From the NCBI RefSeq assembly GCF_000400465.1, contig NW_008806284.1:1-32000 (forward strand): 32,000 nt of DNA, in the 5' to 3' direction. Position numbers and translations under genes: made by a program. The DNA is from Wallemia ichthyophaga EXF-994. Its lineage: Eukaryota; Fungi; Basidiomycota. Positions 24,214 to 32,000 of this stretch are shown here, piece after piece (positions within the stretch are counted from its first letter, which is position 1; the number at the start of each line of letters is the position of its first letter). The notes under the pieces were generated by a model, which saw only the letters and a list, made by a program, of their open reading frames with translations, was not told the origin of the DNA and made no database searches.

Positions 24214-25562
24214 TTACGCCCTAGCTTCGTGGAGCTGCATTGCACAATCTTCTCCACCACTAGCGAGTAGACCGCCATCCCAATCCACGCCCAGTATCTT
24301 GTTCTGCTTTTCTGTCTTCCCATTTGCTGGATTCCTAACGACGGTGAAGAGTGCCTGTTTTGGTGATCTCACATCCCAAAGCTTGACATTTCCATCGAGG
24401 GCAGCACTAGCCAAGTGGTGAGGCGAGTGAGGATGAGAGGCGACGCTCTCGACGACACTCCCATGGCCCCAGAGTTTCTGGGCTACGTTGCTGGTGCTGC
24501 TGCTACGCGTATCCCATACACACACACTCCTATCGACGTGTCCACTCACCGCCACGCCATGGAGATTAAGTGAGTCAACACAGCGCAAAGCGCTGGCAGC
24601 TACGCGAGAGTCGCTCTCCAGCCCGACGCCGACATCCCACAGTCGGAGAGTATGGTCAGCACCAGCCGAGTATGCGCGCGTCTGGTCCTCCTTGGCGAAA
24701 GACACGCCATTAACAGCTCCCGTGTGACCGCGCAGACGGTGTATCGGGGCTTTACGCACGGCTTCCACGGCTGCCGGCTTGCTCTTCCTCCTCTTCTTGA
24801 CGGGCTCTTCTGGATCGGCGTCCACCTCGTGCGCCGAGGGCGTGCGCGTGTCCCACAGACACACCAACCCATCCCAGTCGCTGCTGAGCAGGGTGTGTGG
24901 CTCGCTGGGGAGGAGCGGTGGAGCGACTGCGAGTGCAGACACCGGCGCAGCGTGCGCGGTGCATTGCAGCGTCTGCGACGGCTTGCCTGCGTCTATATCC
25001 CACATCCGCACCGTGCAGTCACGTCCACCTGTCACCACTGCATTGCCTACCCATTCGCCCGCTAGCACCGGCCCCACGTGGCCGAGAAGCTCCACTGTCT
25101 TCTCGCTGCGGCTGTTCCACACACTCGCAACACCGTCGTAGCTCGTCGTCAGGAACTTGTGCTCGTTGTGCGCTGTGCGGTTTATAGAGACACTCGACAC
25201 CCAGTCGTCGTGCTCGTACGTGCTGAGGTGCTTCGGTGGGAGGATCGACGGTACGTACGAGAGGTGTAGCGTTTCTTCCTGTGTTGTGTTGTTAGTAAAT
25301 TTGTACACGGCATATCCACCGATCCACCCACGCCATTGCTGTGGTTGCTAAGGACACTCGTTAGCTTTCCCCCAGCGCTGTCCTCGCCTATAAAGAAATC
25401 AAATGGCACGGCAGATACATTCTCGAGGAGGTTGTTGATCAGCTGCGATAGCTGGAAACGCTTCCAGGTGCTCGGTATCATGTACATCTCCTCTGGGATC
25501 TTGTGCTCATTGGAGATTGAATGCAGTATTACTGGTATGTTTCTACCATCCGCTGTGCTCAT
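24214..25562 (-). CDS. YTM1: Ribosome biogenesis protein Ytm1 (WDR12): NLE/UBL domain plus WD40 repeats
   Basis: IPSTWKRFQLSQLINNLL..VPFDF, intron 25331-25279, EETLHLSY, HDDWVSSV, basic insert KKRRK, WD repeats ending GGEDC. Confidence 0.92.
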
Positions 25563-25669
25563 TTGGTGGGTTTCGTCGATAGCAGCGAATCAAGAGGGAA
25601 GACGGCGTAAATTGCAATTTTAATACATTTTATACATATATAGCTTGGCAAAGATTGTATTTCCCAATA

Positions 25670-27113
25670 TCAATCCTCCTCCGCGAACATTTCTGCCTTC
25701 CCCGTAGCCGCCTGGTAGATACGCATCGCTTCCTCCACCGCACACTCGGAAGGCTGGATAAATGGCGCTGTGACTGTGATTGGCGTGCTGACGGTGTGTA
25801 TATTGTCCTTGTCTGCATCCACATCCTCATACTCCACCTCCTCCTCGGTGTATATTGACATAAACGCAATATCGTCTTCTGTCTCGATGAGGCTGGTGAT
25901 ATATGGTCGAAAGAGATCCTCAAGTCTTCCACGCTCGTTGCCCACCAGATTTACCACTAGATAAACCATATAATACCCCACAGGACACACTCCCGCGCTA
26001 GCACCCTCATAATGCGCCTGAACAGCATTAGCGAAGGCAATACCTGGCTCGTAGACGATGATGGGTGATTCAGGGAGCGGGTTGAGGGTTGGCGGGTTAC
26101 TCAGCACCATCACTACCCTCCCCAGCTCATTCCGACGCTTCTCGTTTGTTGATATACCGAATGGGGTGAGTGTGGGCGTGTGGCCTATCACACAGCCCGC
26201 ATTGAACACCCCATCTATACCACTCATTCGTATGTTGTATCGCCCATCACATTCTACCACATCCTCGATGTCGTGGTTGAGAATGAATGTAGTGCCGCGT
26301 ACAGCGCTCGATCTGCATTTGGTGGTGAGTTGTGCTGGGTAAATCAACAATAACACTCCCCGCTCACCTGCAGTATCCCTGTATTATGTCGCCAACACCC
26401 CCATACTGCGCGTAGAGGAAGCTCGACGGTCCGTAAGCGCCATGAGCATGCAGATACGAAGCAATGCGATCGAGTACCTGGTGAGATGGCTCAAACAGCG
26501 AGATAGCCATCCCGAATGAGAACACAAGCGAGTGAAATAGCTTGGTTGGTATTCCTGCATCAAACTCACTCAGTTTCACATTCGCCCCGCTTTTGTAGTC
26601 CCCATTAGACACCGACTGGAGGAATTTCATCAACATACGCTTCTCTCGCACGTTAATATCACTTCGAAAGACTTCCTGCTTCGATTTAGGTATCTGGGTA
26701 AACTGCCCGCTGGCGTTGTACACCAATCCATCAACAAGTTTGAATTCGAGGTAATTGAATATCGACGATTTGAGAATGTTCTGCAGCTGCGTTGGTGCGT
26801 TTCTCTGCGTAAGAAGCACACTGGGGTGCAGACTGATCAGGAACTTGTGTGGATTGTCGACTTTGTTGATTTGTGAAGGTGCTGTGAAGGAGGATAGAGG
26901 AAGCGTGGCCCAGCTACCCCCATAGTAATCGTTCTTATCGACATGCAAGCACTTGTAGCCAGAAGAAGCGAGTGCACTGATGTCGTCATCGTCGTGAGCT
27001 CAGTGCGTCCACCAGCTAACCCCCACACACCTAGAAAGCAAAGACTGCGTATAACCCGTTCCAATTATCAAAAAATCGAACAAGTTTTCATTTATCGGAG
27101 TTGTCGATGACAT
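25670..27113 (-). CDS. MRS6: Rab escort protein (REP/Mrs6, GDI family)
   Basis: FDFLIIGTGYTQSLLSSAL..SGYKCLHVDKNDYYGGSW, REKRMLMKFL, YGPSSFLYAQYGGVGDIIQGYCRSSAV; two introns. Confidence 0.85.
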
Positions 27114-27149
27114 GACGGTAGACATACAAGAAATAAAGACATCAACACA

Positions 27150-28075
27150 TCAGGTCAGTCCAGGCTCTTCATCGATCGATCTCTTTATCTTGAGCATTAT
27201 CGTCGTCTTCCAGTTATCCAATTTAGTCATCTTGTCGTAATCCACAACTAGTCCCGTGTACTGCTCCTGATCGCCCTGCTCGATGGCGTCAATAGCGCCT
27301 GATAAGAATTTATATTCGCGCGACTGCTGGAAGGAGGGATCCATTTGGGTGTATTCCGCAATAGCGCGTCCCGCATCAACAATATCACCCGCAGCGAGCC
27401 AACAAAGCCCAGCCTTGAAGAAGTAATCCTTCACGCTGAATCTGGTGAGGGGTGATTCGAGTGACTGTTTAATCACCTTATCGTAGTTACTAATAGCGCG
27501 TTTGTACTGCTCGAGTTGTGCTGCGATATCTGCGACGTCTTTGTAACACGCGCTTGCTGTTGCCTTTGCATCCTCCTGTTCGTACCACTGCGCGGATTTC
27601 TCGTAGGATTCCAGAGCCAGTGTGAGATCGCCCTGCTCTGTGAGATGTATCGAGGCGATCTCTTTCATTCTGTCAGCAGCTTGTCTGAATCTGCCTGATT
27701 CGAGCAGTCCATTCACTGCTCTCTGGTAGGCGTCTACGGCGACTGATAGGAGGTTAATTAGGACGATTTAAAAGACAAACACTACACACGCTCTGGATTT
27801 GATTGCTTATATGCCTTGCCTGCCTCCCAGAAATGCTGGTTAGCTTCATTCCTCTCGTCTGCTTTTATGGCGCATTCTCCAGCCCTGACAAAGGCTTCAC
27901 CAGCCTCCTTGAACATCTGGTCGATTTTGAACTTATTCGCTGCATCTCTGAACATATCTGCTGCATCCTGCTTGCGCTCCCTGTTAGCACTAGCGCCCCA
28001 GCTAAACAATCCACCTGATTGGTTTGCCTTTTTCTCTGCTTTCTGGTATAATGCTGATCCCTGTGATTTTCCCAT
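27150..28075 (-). CDS. SEC17: Alpha-soluble NSF attachment protein (alpha-SNAP)
   Basis: AEKKA..SGGLFSWG, AADMFRDAANKFK, GRFRQAA, FSVKDYFFKAGLC and DPSFQQSREYK; one intron. Confidence 0.96.
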
Positions 28076-28125
28076 GTCTCGTCAGTGGATGTGCGTTGCG
28101 TGGATGATGACACTTGGACTTGCCA

Positions 28126-29018
28126 ATGAACCTTTATGATGTAAATAAAATTAACTTGACCCACTCGGCTGGCGATTGACGGACGCAATTCCAGGAAGTT
28201 AGACTCTACTCCAACACCGCCGAGCGCGATAGATTTGAGAACCTCGCCACGCTATTCGGCATCATACACTCGCTCGACTATTTGGAGAGAGCGTATGTGA
28301 GGGATTCTATAACGCAATCGCAGTACGCTCCTGCTTGCGTGAAGCTACTTGCGCAGTTCAAAACCATATTGAAGTTGGTAGCTGGGGATATTGCCGGATC
28401 TGTTGATGAATTCATGGCGCAGTATAATGTGAGTGTGGGGTGTTTTTTAAGTTTTATACTCAATTTGACCTTTCAGATGGATTGCCCTGCCGCTGCTCAT
28501 CGCCTGCATGTCGGTGTGCCTGCTACTGTCGAACACTCGGCGGAGGAGGGCGTCGAGACTGGTAAATGGGTAGCTGAAACGACTCAGGTGATTTTAATCT
28601 TTATGTTAGCTATTAAACCCCATCTAACACCCCAAAGTGCTTCATTACGTTTATGGATGCTCTCAGACTCAACCTGCGTGCTAAAGACCAGCTCCATCCC
28701 ATGCTAACAGACCTCATGAGCGTGTATTCCCGCTTCAAAGGCTCGGCAGAGTGGGAAGGTAGGCCGAAACTCGTTGGCTGGTGAGTGTTTCGATTTTTAG
28801 GTCATGTCGTATGTCGAATGTCTCACAATGTAAACAAATTTGCAGGTTGATCAGCCTCAACAAGATGAAAGCAGCTGATGAGATTACAGATGAGCAGTCA
28901 CGGCAGGTGAGTGTCTATTTAAACTCTTAATCCCAACTCAAACCCGCCACAGATGCTGTTCGACGTTGACCACGCTTATAACGAATTTTTTAGATCATTG
29001 GGTAACGACATTAATTAG
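28126..29018 (+). CDS. VPS28: ESCRT-I subunit Vps28
   Basis: MNLYDEVRLY, LDYLERAYVRDSI, ETTQCFITFMDALRL, DQLHPML and RQMLFDVDHAYNEF; five introns; stop TAG 29016-29018. Confidence 0.96.
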
Positions 29019-29515
29019 TACAAGATGTAAAGTGATTGTAAGAGTAGATAGACTGATAATGTTGCTATCGACGTCAGATTCGAGCTTGCAATGTTGTAAG
29101 CAGCTTGTGTTTTGAGGGTGTATGGTATGTGTTGGCTAAATTGTTGAATCTGGTGTATGTTTATACTCAAGTAGTTCAATGCAGGAAGAAGAAGCACTAA
29201 CAAGCTGGCCAATTCCAGCTTGTACCGCCTGTAGATGAAGGTGTTTATCAGCTGAGAAGACAGACCAAGGACAAAGAGCGTGTTCATGAACACCTTGACA
29301 GCCTGTGGGCTGTGGTTGAATGTGGTGTAGAATCCAATGGAGTTGTCTGCGTTGAATTTGTTTTGGGTGTCCACCAGAAGTTTCAGGTCCTGGGTGAGGC
29401 ATATGAAGAGAATGCCGAGGCTAAAAGAGACGGAAGAAAGGGTGATGCTCTTGAGGAATGTCCTAGAGGTATATAAGCAAAGACCTAGTAATCTTGAGTA
29501 TTTTCAGACTTGCAT
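29015..29515 (-). CDS. SHR3: ER membrane chaperone for amino-acid permeases, Shr3 family
   Basis: Four hydrophobic segments; LSSVSFSLGILF..D.KLL, FY..F..SP, LELASL and IASSN...LLLQ align by eye with yeast Shr3. The start model requires a GC-AG intron (29513-29463) inside the ATG. Confidence 0.75.
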
Positions 29516-29591
29516 TTCCAAACACTTGATCGTTGTAAATGAAGCGCCTCTTGGTGAGTAACGACGAGGATACTTGAGATAATTATTTAAT

Positions 29592-30280
29592 ATGGTGAGC
29601 TATTAGGTGATATACTGCGATATATATATCTAAGCTCACCAAACCACAGCCACCTCCAAAGCCAAAGAACTCACGAATGCTGACGCTGATCAACTACAGA
29701 CTGAGAGTGACGCTTAACGACACTCGTCAGATAATTGGACAAATGTTGGCATTCGATAGGCATATGAATTTGGTTCTCGTTGATTCTATCGAGTTTAGAA
29801 GGCTCAAAGGTCCTTCAAACCAGGGCGACATTCCCAAAGAAATGAAGAGAGCGCTTGGACTAATTGTGCTGCGTGGAGAGACTATCATTTCAATATCCGT
29901 CGAAGGTCCACCACCAGTTAAGGATGAGGAACCAATTTCTGCTGGTCCTGGGCTCGGTGCTCCAGCAGGCAGAGGAATGCCACTGGGTGCAGGTATGGGA
30001 GCTGCCCCACCCGCTTTCCAGGCTCGTCCAATGCCATATGCTGGTGGTCCTCCACCTCCTGGGTTCCCGGGACCTGCGCCTGGATTCAGACCACCACCGG
30101 GGTGAGTTTTGCGCGAATTTTGAGTTGATTCAAAGTTAATAACGATGACTTAGATTCCCTGGTGCTCCTTCAATGCCTGGATTTCCAACACCGCCTCCTG
30201 GGTGAGCTATCTAAACCACCAAAACAATCCATACTAACACAGCAAACAGCTTCGGCGGTATGCGTCCACCACCAAGCTAA
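29592..30280 (+). CDS. SMB1: Small nuclear ribonucleoprotein SmB
   Basis: ATG-only first coding exon and intron 29595-29649; INYRLRVTLND, LAFDRHMNLVL, RALGLIVLRGE and a Pro/Gly-rich tail over two further introns; stop 30278-30280. Confidence 0.95.
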
Positions 30281-30371
30281 GCAGGCCCAGAATATTTATT
30301 AAAAATTAATTTGTATCTCCCATAAACCTCCGCCTTCTCTCTTTCTGCTTGACGATCAACTGTATTATGCA

Positions 30372-32000
30372 ATGGCTATGGTGGGTGATATGGATATGGG
30401 CGTTATACACGCGTCTAATCGCAGCAAACAGGACGATATACACAACATAGTCACTGATAGCGTACAAGGCATCCTCACCGATGACGGCATCCCCGCTAGC
30501 CAGCTCCCAGATATCATCTCCAATCTCGCTCGAGACGGCCACCTCTCCAACTTTATCACCAAAGAGACGCTTGAGAATGTGAAGCACTTTGCCAGCACAG
30601 ACAGACTCAACGCGACATATGTCAGCCTCGATGGTTTGCTTTCTCTTATCGACTCTCTTCTCGTGTCCTCGCCAAAACAAGACAGCCTGCTCGATGAGGA
30701 GCCTCTCGACGAAATAAGCTTTATACAGAATATGGGTGATAGTCCTGTCACTAAAGATAAGGCTAAGGACGGCGTTACCCCAAAAATTAGTCGCACCAAC
30801 AAATTCAAAAGACCGAAACCAGCGCGTAAATTCGTCAGATCCAACTCGAGCTATACCGATACCAGTGACTACTACTCGTCTGACAATGATAACGATTTCG
30901 CTCTGCACTCTCCAACCAGCTCGCCGCCCCAGACACCAAATATCGACAACAAGGAAAATCTAAGCGGGTTTGACGGGCTGATGCTGTCGAATGCACCCTC
31001 TAACAACGCCTTATCGAATGTAGGTTGTTTTAGGTCAATATGAGGCAACTGACTCACTTCCTCAGGACGCTCTGATACACACCCAGAACCAGATCAAGGA
31101 TCTCGAGAAACGTAACGCGGATCTCGAGAAAAGGCTCAAGGAAGCTGAACGTTCGTACACGCAGACGACCAGTCAGAACGAAGACTATATATCCATCATG
31201 GAAGACCAGCTCAAGGAGGTAGGTCGTGTGGTGATGTGGGTTTAAAAGTGTCTAACGCACTCCCAGAATGATGCCAAGCTGGAAGCACTCGTGCGCGATG
31301 AGAAAGATTTGCGAGCAAAGGACCGCCAGAACATGTTCACTATCAACAAGCTCGAGCATGATATTGCAACATACCAGCGTCAGGCTGAGTCCGCGCGTAT
31401 CCAGGCTAGTAGTCTGCAGAGCCAATTGGGGGATGTGAATGGTGGGTGAAGCCTGCAGTGTGCATAGTGAGTGTTAATCACGCCATCCAGATGAAATCGA
31501 TTCCCTCCGAGATAGCCTCCGCGATAAGGACAGGGATGTTCGCGAAGCGCGTAGCAGGGCTGACAAATACGAGCATGAAATGGGCAAAGTGGGTGCTTGA
31601 TCATTCGAGTTTTTTCCTTTCTTACACTGACCAGTGGGAGAATGAGCGGAAGGGGTACGATGATGCACTCCAGCGCATCAAAACACATCTCGATGTGGCG
31701 AGGAAATCGGAGCGCGTGCTGGAGGTGCAAAAGACTGAGAATCTCGGATTGAAAGTGGGTGTTCTGTGCACGACATACTCCATACTAACACACCCTTCGC
31801 AGGAAACAATAGACAGACTGCGCGGTGATCTCAGCCATCAACTCGCCTACAACGGGAGTGGAAGTGGAGGGGCAGACGAGACGGGTGGACAGCTCGGCAG
31901 TGTGTCGCGTAATCTTGGCAAAGAGCTAGCGCGGCAGTTAACAGAAGACGGCGAGCATGATAATCAAAACCCCACTAACGCTCGCACTCGGCATGAATTG
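30372..32000 (+). CDS. Long coiled-coil protein with small N-terminal helical domain (3' end outside window)
   Basis: A 223-aa first ORF joins via five short GT-AG introns to heptad-rich exons (QIKDLEKRNADLEKRLKEAE; QKTENLGLKETIDRLRGDL); the exact start Met is uncertain. Confidence 0.75.

Noticed and set aside
24488-25351. Many overlapping ORFs in several frames
   Set aside because: Expected from stop-codon scarcity in the GC-rich YTM1 exon.
30306-30908. 200-aa and 159-aa minus-strand ORFs, and a Trp-rich 27-aa out-of-frame ORF at 30367-30450
   Set aside because: The long ORFs are antisense shadows of the coiled-coil gene. The Trp richness follows from repeated ATGG in the main frame, and the TSS is unknown.

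Overview
Very gene-dense eukaryotic (fungal, basidiomycete-like) DNA with short (~44-58 nt) spliceosomal introns. The compaction and protein style suggest Wallemia, but this is an inference and was not verified. I can model 22 protein-coding genes, mostly housekeeping: TTI2 (5'-truncated), a degenerate DEAD-box helicase, CBR1, kinesin-6, ARP1, NUP84, a DMT/EamA transporter, cytochrome c, a GT31 glycosyltransferase, RPN2, BEM46, a stand-alone GTPBP1/2 N-terminal-domain protein, RPP2, RPS15, RRD2, YTM1, Rab escort protein, SEC17, VPS28, SHR3, SmB and a 3'-truncated coiled-coil protein. I recognised no transposon, CRISPR array, tRNA or rRNA. The unusual signal is mainly architectural. Five head-to-head pairs have only 18-76 bp between start codons, tandem genes sit as little as 12 bp apart, and two convergent genes have overlapping stop codons. 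Gene models also require a start codon split by a GC-AG intron and a 5-nt micro-exon. The most intriguing protein is a GTPase-less GTPBP1/2 N-terminal domain sitting in frame, 12 nt upstream of BEM46. Two gaps (1356-2110 and 13526-14720) are too long for this genome, carry splice-like signals and remain unexplained. All exon models were derived by eye.
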